The position numbers were made by a program, and so were the translations under genes. A stretch of 64,000 nucleotides of DNA, taken from the NCBI GenBank assembly GCA_949283955.1, contig CASDUP010000053.1:16324-80323 (forward strand), read 5' to 3'. Position 1 is the first letter of the stretch; each line of letters starts with the position of its first letter. This stretch comes from an uncultured Verrucomicrobiota bacterium. GTDB lineage: Bacteria; Verrucomicrobiota; Verrucomicrobiia; Opitutales; Intestinicryptomonadaceae. The notes below the pieces were generated by a model. It saw nothing but the letters and a program-made list of their open reading frames with translations, made no database searches and was not told the origin of the DNA. Positions 18,616-26,839 of this stretch are shown piece by piece.

Positions 18616-18650
18616 TTTTGGGGAAGCCAGACTTTTTCCTACGAAAAAGC

Positions 18651-21005
18651 TTAAGGGAGGAATATGGATTCCGACAGGCGTATATCCTCCGAAGACGATC
18701 CCACCTCTATCTTAAATTCTCCGGGTTCCAAGACCCACTTGCCGTTTTTCCAAAGTTTGAAATCGTCTGGTTTTAGGCGGAAATCCACGGTCTTCTTTTC
18801 GCCGCGTTTTATCGGAGTTCTCTTGAATCCCCGCAAAACTTTTTCAAATGTTGCAACGCTCGACAGGCAATCCCTGACATACAACTGGACTATTTCGTCT
18901 CCATCAAAATTTCCCGAGTTTTCTACGTCCACCTTTACGGCAACTTCAAATTCTCCACCGGAGCCTCTTTTTGAAACTTTCAGATTGGAGTATTTGAATT
19001 TCGTGTAGGACAATCCGAATCCGAAATGGTACAGGGGAGTGTTCACGCAGAACTTTTTGTTCTTGTCGGAGGCTCCGGAGTGGGAGGATTTTCTGTATGG
19101 AAAATTCAGCTGGATTTGCCCTACGGATCTCGGAAAGGTGTTTGCGATTTTTCCTCCGGGATTGTATTTTCCAAATATGGCTTCCGTTATGGCGGTGGCG
19201 CTCCTCCTGTTGGGAATCCAGGCTTCGAGTATGGCAGAGGCCTTTTCGTCGGCCGCGTTTATCGAAAGGGGACGGCCGTTAAAAAGCACAACTATAACGG
19301 GCTTTCCGGTCTTTGTCAGAGCTTCAAGAAGCTCCTCCTGTCTTCCGGGAAGATCCAAGCTGATTCTCGTCCTCGATTCCCCCACAATGCTTTCGCACTC
19401 GCCGAGCGCCGCTATTATAACGTCGCAATCCGATGCGCTTTCTGCCGCTTCGGATATGGAAAGCTCGTCATTCTTCCGAATGGGAAGTCTCATGTATTCG
19501 CTCTTCGGATAGTCCTCGTCGAATACTTCGCAGCCCTTCGAATACGACAATTCAAATTTGCCCTCGGAGTACTTTTTTAAGGCTTCCAAAAGGGTTTCCA
19601 TTTTTATTCCGGAAGGGCCGTACCTGTTCTTTTCGAACGAGGAGTCGTTGGCCATGGGACCGCATACGAGAATCTTTTTTATTTTTTTCGGATCGAGCGG
19701 GAGGGTCGATTTTTCATTTTTCAAAAGTACGAGACATTTTCTTGCCGCTTCCAATTCGAGGGAACAGTCTTCGGTTCGGACCGCGTCGGCTGCCTTTTCC
19801 TCAGAGACGAAGGGGTTGTCGAAGAGGCCGAGTTTCATTTTCACCCTCAAGACGTCGGATACCCTGTCGTTCAAAGTCTCTTCGCTTACCAGACCATCGG
19901 CGACGCATTTCCTAAGAGCCTTTATAAATTCTTCAGATGAACTGAAATTTATTCTGACGTTTAATCCGGCGTTTATGGATAGTGCGACAGCCTCCTCCAA
20001 ATTTTTTGCAACCTCGTGTTTGGCTGCCAAATCCTCCACAGCTCCGCTGTCGGAAATCACGTATCCTTCAAATCCGTATTCTTTACGGAGTATGTCCGTA
20101 AGAAAAAGTTTGTTGGAGCTAAGCGGAATTCCGGCGTAATCGTTGTAGGTTGTCATTACGGAGGTGGGGTCGCAATTTTTTACCACCTGCTCGAACGGAT
20201 AAAGGTGGATTTCGCGAACCTCGTTCCAGGCGGCGTGGGGATTTACCCTCGCGAGCCCGTCACGAGCCCCGTCGGGAACGCTGTGCACCGCAAAATGCTT
20301 GAGCGTGGATCCCATGTTTTGCGATCGCAATCCGTTTGTAATAGCCATTCCAAGTTTTGCAGTCAGAAACGGATCCTCCGAGAAGCATTCGTTAGTGCGC
20401 CCCCAACGGGGATCTCGGGAAACGTCGAGAATGGGCATGTTCACCGAGTTGTATCCGATAAGCCTTCCCTGCCTGCCCACTGTTTTGCCGATCTTTTCTA
20501 CGAGATCAACGTCCCACGACGAGCCTAAAGAAATAGGGGCAGGCATGGAGCTTGCGTTTCTGTGCGCCAATCCGAGCATGGCTTCCCCGGAAAATTCCGC
20601 CGGAATTCCCAGCCTGGTGTTTTCTATAAACCATTTCTGGATTAAGTTGACGGCTCTGGCGTGTTCCCTAAATCCCAAATACTCTTCGCAGCCTTTGCGG
20701 TATCCGTTTAGATGTTCGTCGATGTTTGCAACACCGTCTTTCCAAATTTCGCATTTCCATTCCGGGGTGGGAATTTTGTCCTTTAAGCAAAATCCGAAAC
20801 CGTAAAGTGAAGCAAGTTGGCAAGTTTTTTCCTCCAGCGTCATTTGTCCGAGAAGGTCGGCAACTCTCTCGGAAATGGGGGCCGATGGATTTTCGTAGAT
20901 GTCCATGCGGCCGTTTTTGTTGAAGTCGATAAAGTCCGACCCGCTTCCCAGTACGGCTTGGAAAGCCGAAAAAAACATTATAAACAGAGCTATTTTTTTT
21001 AACAT
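18651..21005 (-). CDS. Secreted GH3 beta-glucosidase/beta-xylosidase
   Basis: MTLEEK, RDPRWGRTNECFSEDP, KHF, VISDSGA (nucleophile Asp), FGFGLSYT, fibronectin-III-like C-terminus. Alternative start 21017. Confidence 0.95.
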   Translation of the reverse strand: MLKKIALFIMFFSAFQAVLGSGSDFIDFNKNGRMDIYENPSAPISERVADLLGQMTLEEKTCQLASLYGFGFCLKDKIPTPEWKCEIWKDGVANIDEHLNGYRKGCEEYLGFREHARAVNLIQKWFIENTRLGIPAEFSGEAMLGLAHRNASSMPAPISLGSSWDVDLVEKIGKTVGRQGRLIGYNSVNMPILDVSRDPRWGRTNECFSEDPFLTAKLGMAITNGLRSQNMGSTLKHFAVHSVPDGARDGLARVNPHAAWNEVREIHLYPFEQVVKNCDPTSVMTTYNDYAGIPLSSNKLFLTDILRKEYGFEGYVISDSGAVEDLAAKHEVAKNLEEAVALSINAGLNVRINFSSSEEFIKALRKCVADGLVSEETLNDRVSDVLRVKMKLGLFDNPFVSEEKAADAVRTEDCSLELEAARKCLVLLKNEKSTLPLDPKKIKKILVCGPMANDSSFEKNRYGPSGIKMETLLEALKKYSEGKFELSYSKGCEVFDEDYPKSEYMRLPIRKNDELSISEAAESASDCDVIIAALGECESIVGESRTRISLDLPGRQEELLEALTKTGKPVIVVLFNGRPLSINAADEKASAILEAWIPNRRSATAITEAIFGKYNPGGKIANTFPRSVGQIQLNFPYRKSSHSGASDKNKKFCVNTPLYHFGFGLSYTKFKYSNLKVSKRGSGGEFEVAVKVDVENSGNFDGDEIVQLYVRDCLSSVATFEKVLRGFKRTPIKRGEKKTVDFRLKPDDFKLWKNGKWVLEPGEFKIEVGSSSEDIRLSESIFLP

Positions 21006-21086
21006 GTTAAAAAACATTCGGCGGGCCGATAAAAAACTCCGTTTTCCACCGGCGTTTTCAGCACGCTTTAGAAAAGTCGGTCCGAC

Positions 21087-21401
21087 TCAGGCCTGGTGCA
21101 TCAATTCTATCGGTATGCCGTCCTCCACAATAAAGGCGGCAGTCAAGTTCGGGAAAGGCTTAAAGGGAGGTATCAAAATCTCCGCGCCTTTGAGCTCCTC
21201 CTCCATGTCGTCGACGAGGTACGATATGTGGGCGCAATCCTTCAGAAGCTGGGGCATGGGAGAACCTTCCTCGAAGAAGAGATGCTCTATGTTGTTTTTC
21301 GTTTTCGAGGGATCCCCTATCCAAAGTTTGGAGTCGCTCAAATACGTGGCGTTTGCAGGTTTTTCTTTAACCGGTATTCCGAAATGCGCTAATTTTCTCA
21401 T
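21087..21401 (-). CDS. Small VOC/glyoxalase-fold-like protein
   Basis: AHFGIP...IEHL...AHISYLVDD...IPIELM pattern of His/Glu on beta strands. Start chosen at MRKLAH (ORF track extends to 21434). Confidence 0.6.
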   Translation of the reverse strand: MRKLAHFGIPVKEKPANATYLSDSKLWIGDPSKTKNNIEHLFFEEGSPMPQLLKDCAHISYLVDDMEEELKGAEILIPPFKPFPNLTAAFIVEDGIPIELMHQA

Positions 21402-21528
21402 CTGTAAAACCCTTTCGTGTTTTCGGATTTTCATCTGAAAATGAACCCCGCGTCAACTTTTTTTGCGATTTGTTTCCCGGAAGAATAAACAAAAAGATTG
21501 TAATCGAAGTTTTCAACTTTAAGAATCC

Positions 21529-22440
21529 GTGCCAATGAAAAGATTTTTTGTCTATTTTGCCGTAGCGGCGGCCGCGCCGTGCTGTTTCGGAGCGGTGGCA
21601 TGCCTTGGAAAAGTTGTGCCGGGCGAAAGAGTTCAGAGTTTGGCGGCTTCCAGCCCGACGGGAGGACAGGCGATTATAAAATCGCTTCTTGTCAAGAAGG
21701 GGGACTCCGTAAAAAGGGGCGACGTGGTAGCCTTGATCCGCGGAATAGAGGGAGCGAAGGTGGAACTCGAGGGGGCCAAGGCGTCCCTGAAGATAGCCGA
21801 GACTTCCCGCGAAATAAAAATTTTGCAGCAGAAAAATATGATAGAGGATTTGGACGGAACGTACGCCCAAAACGCCCGAATTCTTTCGGAAAAGGATCCG
21901 CCGAGAAGGGAAAGGGAGGAGTTGGAGTACGAGCAGGAGCGCTTGGCAAGGCGCATAGACCAGTCGAAAAAAATGTTGCCGTTGGTGGAGGCTTCGGAAA
22001 AGGCCGTCGTGGAGGACGCGGCGGTTTCGGTGGAGAGAGCAAAAGCCCGCCTTGCGGAGTTTTCCGTTAAAAGTCCAATAGACGGCGAGGTAGTCGAGAT
22101 ACACACGAAGGAGGGCGAAGCGGTGGGCAACTACGGAATTTGTGAAATTGCCGACACCGATTCCATGTATGTCGACGCCGAAGTTTACGTCTCCGACGTT
22201 TCCAAAATAAAAATCGGAGACAAAGCCGAGATACTATCCGATGCCATGAGAAACGAAGTATTCTCCGGAAAAGTCGTGGAAATATCCGGATACGTAAAAG
22301 GAAACAGGATTTTCAGTTCGGATCCGAGCGATTACGCAAACACTCGAGTGGTTCTTGTGAAAATAAAATTGGATTCTCCGGAGCGCTTCAGAAACCTCAT
22401 AGGAACCCAGACGAACGTCAGGATTTTAAACAGCGAGTAG
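21529..22440 (+). CDS. DevB-like membrane fusion protein (HlyD family)
   Basis: VACLGKVVP, IKSLLVKKGDSVKRGD lipoyl-like motif, coiled coil, VKSPIDGEVVEI, VDAEVYVSD. Confidence 0.85.
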   Translation: MPMKRFFVYFAVAAAAPCCFGAVACLGKVVPGERVQSLAASSPTGGQAIIKSLLVKKGDSVKRGDVVALIRGIEGAKVELEGAKASLKIAETSREIKILQQKNMIEDLDGTYAQNARILSEKDPPRREREELEYEQERLARRIDQSKKMLPLVEASEKAVVEDAAVSVERAKARLAEFSVKSPIDGEVVEIHTKEGEAVGNYGICEIADTDSMYVDAEVYVSDVSKIKIGDKAEILSDAMRNEVFSGKVVEISGYVKGNRIFSSDPSDYANTRVVLVKIKLDSPERFRNLIGTQTNVRILNSE

Positions 22441-22444
22441 AAAA

Positions 22445-23641
22445 GTGTCCGAATCTAAGAGAAATCTTTGGGAGAGGATAGTGCCGCTCGGAATTCCGCT
22501 GTCGTGGCTTCAGCTTACCGCGTCAGGCACTCGCTTTGCGGTGGCGATAGCGGGAATAACATTTGCGGTGGCGATGATGCTCTTTCAGATGGGTTTGAGG
22601 GGCGCTCTATTCAAACAGGTGGTGGGACCTCTGCTGCTTCTCGACGGGGACGTCGTGCTGGTCAGTCCGAATTACGAGTACTTCGGAGTGGGAAGGGGAT
22701 TTGCGGAGGTCAGGCTGCACCAGGCCCGCTCCCTTCCGGAAGTGGAGGACGTAAACGGAATAAAGCTTGGTTGCATGTCGTTTAAAAGCGTCGACGACGG
22801 CAGGGAGAGGGACATATTTACCATAGCTTTTGATCCGTCAAAAAAAGTGTTCAAATCGCCCGATATTTTGAAGAGCCAGGGAGTATTGAAGCGCTCGGGG
22901 GCGGTTCTTTTCGACGAACTCTCCAGGGATCAGTACGGGGATGTGGCGGGAAAGTTTGCAGAAGGCGGAAACAAGCCCCTTAGAACGGAGCTTGCTGGGA
23001 AAAAGGCCGAGATAGAGGCTCTTGTCAAAATAGGGCCCACTTTTGCGGCGGACGGAAACGTTTTGATGAGCTTGGACACTTTTTACAAGATGTGGCGCGG
23101 TGTGGCGCCTGGAGTTTTCGACGTCGGGATTATAAAGTTAAAAAATCCCTCCGACGCTTCGAGAGTGGCTGAGGAACTCAAGAAAATTTATCCGGGCGAC
23201 GTGAAAGTGATGACGATGAAGGAATACATAGAGGCCGAAAAGGAGTATTGGGCGGTCAGAACCCCGATAGGTTTTGTGATAGGAGCCTCGATGGCAGTCG
23301 CGATTTTTGTGGGCGCGGTTATCGTGTACCAGATTCTGTACACAGACGTCACGGACCATATTCCAGAGTATGCCACTCTCAAAGCAATAGGTTTTGGCGA
23401 CGGGTTTTTCGTGTGGATAGTGGTTCAGGAGTCTCTGATTTTGTCCGTCTTGGGATTCATTCCCGGAACGGCGCTTGCGGCTCTGCTTTACAAGCTCACC
23501 AGGGACATAGCAAACATGCCGACCTATTTGAATTTTTCAAATCTTGGAATCGTATTTTTGCTCTCCCTCGGAATGTGTGTGTTTGCGGGAATTTTGGCCA
23601 CGAGAAAATTGAGAAACGCAAATCCGGCGGATATTTTTTAG
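22445..23641 (+). CDS. DevC-like ABC transporter permease (FtsX/MacB type)
   Basis: PLSWLQL, IAGITFAVAMMLFQMG, QILYTDVTDHIPEYATLKAIG, KLRNANPADIF match the DevC family. Confidence 0.88.
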   Translation: MSESKRNLWERIVPLGIPLSWLQLTASGTRFAVAIAGITFAVAMMLFQMGLRGALFKQVVGPLLLLDGDVVLVSPNYEYFGVGRGFAEVRLHQARSLPEVEDVNGIKLGCMSFKSVDDGRERDIFTIAFDPSKKVFKSPDILKSQGVLKRSGAVLFDELSRDQYGDVAGKFAEGGNKPLRTELAGKKAEIEALVKIGPTFAADGNVLMSLDTFYKMWRGVAPGVFDVGIIKLKNPSDASRVAEELKKIYPGDVKVMTMKEYIEAEKEYWAVRTPIGFVIGASMAVAIFVGAVIVYQILYTDVTDHIPEYATLKAIGFGDGFFVWIVVQESLILSVLGFIPGTALAALLYKLTRDIANMPTYLNFSNLGIVFLLSLGMCVFAGILATRKLRNANPADIF

Positions 23642-23654
23642 TAGTTTGATGGCG

Positions 23655-23693
23655 AAAAAAAAGCGGCTTCCCGCAAGGGGAAGCCGCTTTTTT
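23655..23693. terminator. Bidirectional intrinsic terminator
   Basis: A-tract, GCGGCTTCCC-GCAAG-GGGAAGCCGC, T-tract, between convergent genes. Confidence 0.9.
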
Positions 23694-23704
23694 GCTAGGC
23701 ATTC

Positions 23705-24745
23705 TTATTGGTTTGAACGGTCGAAAGCCGAGTCGAACGCTATGTTCGAGCGAGGGAAGTCGTAGCTTCTGACCCTTTGTTGCGATTCGGTGGCTCCGTA
23801 GATTCTGTCCATTCTTCCGTCTTCCCATTCCACGGAAAGAGGCCCCTTGTAGCCGATGTCGTTGAGGGCTACTATTATTTCCTCAAAATTGATGTCGCCG
23901 TGCCCTATAGAGCGGAAGTCCCAGTAGCGGCGCGGATCGGTAAAGTCGGTGTGCCCTCCGAACACTCCGGCTTCCCTCGAGCCGTGTCCCCACCAGACGT
24001 CCTTCATGTGGACGTGGTATATCCTTTTGGCGAACTTCCTAATGAAGGCCACGTAGTTTACACCCTGGTATCCGAAGTGCGACGGGTCGTAGTTAAACCC
24101 GAACCTCCTGTGGTTCTTCACCGCAGACAGCGCTCTTTCGGCGCTTGCTATGTCGAACGCTATCTCCGTCGGGTGGACCTCAAGCGCGAAATTCACCCCG
24201 ACCTTGTCGAACTCGTTCAAGATGGGAATCCAACGCTTGGCAAAGTCGGCGTATCCGGCGTCTATCATCTCTTTCGATACCGGCGGGAAGGAATAGACAT
24301 ACTGCCATATCGAAGATCCGGTAAATCCGGTAACGGTGGGGGGAATGGGAGACTTGGCTACACCTTTTGGCCTCATCGACATAAACTTCTTGCAGACTTT
24401 GGCGGTGCGGACAATTTCCGCGGCGGCGCGCTTGCGAACTCCCTCAGGGTTACCGTCTCCCCAAATGGAATCCTGCAATATGGCCTTGTGCCTCTCGTCT
24501 ATATTGTCGCAGACTGCCTGTCCCACGAGGTGGTTGGACAGCGCGAAACAGTTGAGGCCGTTGTCGGCGAGTATTTCCCAGCGGCTCTCCAAATAGCCCT
24601 TTTTATCTATCCGCTCCATGTCGAAATGGTTTGCGGTGCAGGCGATTTCGAGTCCTTCATATCCCATCTTTTTTGCGAGCGGAGCCAGATCTTCAAGCTT
24701 CATGTCCGCCCACTGTCCTGTAAACAGCGTTATAGGTCTTCCCAT
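23705..24745 (-). CDS. Sugar phosphate isomerase/epimerase (xylose-isomerase-like TIM barrel)
   Basis: [38 protein letters not shown] metal-ligand pattern. Confidence 0.9.
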   Translation of the reverse strand: MGRPITLFTGQWADMKLEDLAPLAKKMGYEGLEIACTANHFDMERIDKKGYLESRWEILADNGLNCFALSNHLVGQAVCDNIDERHKAILQDSIWGDGNPEGVRKRAAAEIVRTAKVCKKFMSMRPKGVAKSPIPPTVTGFTGSSIWQYVYSFPPVSKEMIDAGYADFAKRWIPILNEFDKVGVNFALEVHPTEIAFDIASAERALSAVKNHRRFGFNYDPSHFGYQGVNYVAFIRKFAKRIYHVHMKDVWWGHGSREAGVFGGHTDFTDPRRYWDFRSIGHGDINFEEIIVALNDIGYKGPLSVEWEDGRMDRIYGATESQQRVRSYDFPRSNIAFDSAFDRSNQ

Positions 24746-24804
24746 TCTTTTTCCTTTATTATTGTTTTTGTTGGCGCTTGTTATGCGTTAAAATCTCGCA
24801 GCAG

Positions 24805-25149
24805 TCAGTAAGTCAGCACGACTTTTCCTCCCGAAGGGGTTTCAACCTCCACTGTTTTTTCGTTTGTGCTATAGACGAGATCGTCGTACTTTTCCCCGCA
24901 CACGGAGGTCAGAGGTTCGAGCGTTTTGGAGGAGACGAGCGTTTTGTACGATACGTTTTTCAACCCGCGGTCTTTGAGGTACAATCCTCCGGCGTTTACG
25001 AATTTTTGAAGGTTTGATATGATAATATCGTTGCGGGCCTTTTCGCGGATTTTTGCGGTAGCCGGTATAAACACCGCCGCTATCAGGCCGAGAATGCCCA
25101 ATATGAGAACGAGTTCTACGATGGAGAACGCCCTTTTATACAACTTCAT
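24805..25149 (-). CDS. Type IV pilin / T2SS pseudopilin-like protein
   Basis: Class III signal KRA|FSIVELVLILGILGLIAAVFIP with Glu+5. The upstream extension to 25452 runs into ndk and was discarded. Confidence 0.82.
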   Translation of the reverse strand: MKLYKRAFSIVELVLILGILGLIAAVFIPATAKIREKARNDIIISNLQKFVNAGGLYLKDRGLKNVSYKTLVSSKTLEPLTSVCGEKYDDLVYSTNEKTVEVETPSGGKVVLTY

Positions 25150-25296
25150 ACGGCTTGGATTATTGTACGCTAAAAAAAAATAATCAAGACGTTTCAAAAA
25201 TTTATTGTAAATTTTAATCTGCTTAATCGTTGTAAACGGGGATTGAAGGTCAGAAAAATATTGCCAATTTATTTTAACCGATATTGAAGTGGGAAA

Positions 25297-25713
25297 ATGA
25301 AAGAAAGAACCTTTATAATACTTAAACCCGACTGCCTCGAGAAAAGGCTTGCCGGGAAAGTTCTCGATAGATTTCAAAGTGCGGGGCTCGACATAGTGGC
25401 TTGCAAGGCGGCGAAGCTTGGAGAGGAAAAGTTGAGGGAACACTACGCGCATATTTTTGGGAAGCCGTATTATCAGCCTCTCGTCGACTTTATGATGCGT
25501 AGGAGCGTTATCATGTGCGTGTTAGAGGGGGAAGATGCGGTTTTGAAAGTGAGGGCCCTTCTTGGCCCCACGGATTCGACCGCGGCTCCCAAGGGCACGA
25601 TAAGGGGAGACTACGGACTGAATACAAGGGAGAACATAGCGCATGCTTCGGATTCTCCAGAAAGCGCCGAAATAGAAATAGAGCGCTTCTTCTTGCCAGA
25701 GGAAATTTTTTAG
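25297..25713 (+). CDS. ndk: Nucleoside diphosphate kinase
   Basis: ERTFIILKPD, GTIRGDYG, NIAHASDS (catalytic His). Confidence 0.97.
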   Translation: MKERTFIILKPDCLEKRLAGKVLDRFQSAGLDIVACKAAKLGEEKLREHYAHIFGKPYYQPLVDFMMRRSVIMCVLEGEDAVLKVRALLGPTDSTAAPKGTIRGDYGLNTRENIAHASDSPESAEIEIERFFLPEEIF

Positions 25714-25722
25714 ACCGAGCCC

Positions 25723-26385
25723 GTGCATAATCCCTACGAAAAACTCCGCTTTGTAAACTCCGAGATGGCGGAAAAGCTCGACGAGTTCGGGAGGCTTTTG
25801 CGCGAAGCAAATGAGAGGGTAAATTTAATCTCAAGAAAAGATACGGAGCATTTGGAATATAGGCATATAGCTTTTTGCGCGGCGATAGGGGAGCTTCTCG
25901 TCCCGGAGGACGGGGCAAAGATAGCGGACGTTGGTACGGGAGGCGGATTGCCGGGAATAGTGATGGCTGTAATTTGGCCTAAAGCGCGAATAAAAATGTT
26001 TGACGGAGTGGGCAAAAAGATTCGCGCCGTGTCCGAAATGATAGAACGGCTTGGCTTGAAGAACGCCGAAGCCGTGAATTCGAGAATAGAGTCCCAGCCG
26101 GAAAATTTCGATTACATAACAGGAAGGGCTGTGTGTTCCCTTCCGGAGTTTTTTCGTTTGGTGGGGGGGAAAATTCGGCGCGGGAAGAGGGGAAATCTTC
26201 CGAACGGAGTTCTGTATTTCAAGGGAGGGGATCTCGACGAAGAGTTGCTGAGAAGAAAAATCCTTCCGGGAGTTTCTCTCAAGTTGGACGAATTTTTTAG
26301 CGATCCGTCCTACGAGGGAAAAAGCGTCGTCCATTTCGATTCAAAATCCGTGGGCGACTTTTGCGGATTAAAGAGGGCGTTTTGA
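25723..26385 (+). CDS. rsmG: 16S rRNA (guanine527-N7)-methyltransferase
   Basis: NERVNLISRK, RHI, ADVGTGGGLPG, ITGRAV, YFKGG. Confidence 0.92.
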   Translation: MHNPYEKLRFVNSEMAEKLDEFGRLLREANERVNLISRKDTEHLEYRHIAFCAAIGELLVPEDGAKIADVGTGGGLPGIVMAVIWPKARIKMFDGVGKKIRAVSEMIERLGLKNAEAVNSRIESQPENFDYITGRAVCSLPEFFRLVGGKIRRGKRGNLPNGVLYFKGGDLDEELLRRKILPGVSLKLDEFFSDPSYEGKSVVHFDSKSVGDFCGLKRAF

Positions 26386-26427
26386 CTTGACCCCGCTTTT
26401 ATTCGCAAAAAAATCGCTCTTTAAAAA

Positions 26428-26510
26428 GCTCGGATGGCGGAATGGTAGACGCTGCGGACTTAAAATCCGCTGATAGAAATATCGTGCGGGTTCAACTCCC
26501 GCTCCGAGCA
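26428..26510 (+). tRNA. tRNA-Leu(TAA)
   Basis: GCTCGGA...GCGGA-CTTAAAA-TCCGC, long variable arm, GCGGG-TTCAACT-CCCGC-TCCGAGC-A. CCA not encoded. Confidence 0.95.
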
Positions 26511-26782
26511 CGCTGTTTTAGCGGGTTGGAGAGCTTTCGGTCCGGTTTGGGTAAGGCGGTTTTTTGCTCCGGAATTTTCAGAAAAATAATTCGAATTTGG
26601 CCGCGAAAAATATGTCGAAATTTTTTTTGATTTTAAGCCTTCGCACAAAGATTTTTTTCGAACTTTTTCCCTGTTTGCCGTTTTTATAAAGCTGTGCCTT
26701 TTGCGGAGATTTTTTTCGATAGCTATCCTTCCGCTCGGGTTGGGCCGTGCAGATGGGAATTTTCCTTTGAAGGAGTTTACAT

Positions 26783-26814
26783 AAAAAATCCCCTCCGAAA
26801 GTCGGAGGGGATTT
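26783..26814 (-). terminator. Intrinsic terminator of the esterase gene
   Basis: AAATCCCCTCCGA...TCGGAGGG(G)ATTT inverted repeat with a minus-strand U-tract. Confidence 0.75.
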
Positions 26815-26839
26815 CGAGCGGAGATTTCTTGATGCTCTC

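Noticed and set aside
23777-24811. 344 aa antisense ORF over the isomerase (likewise 8283-9167, 39688-40749, 44765-45709, 51642-52700, 35802-36941)
   Set aside because: Each lies fully opposite a well-supported gene and has no recognisable motifs.
25150-25452. N-terminal extension of the pilin ORF to 25452
   Set aside because: It overlaps ndk on the opposite strand; the class III signal defines the start at 25149.
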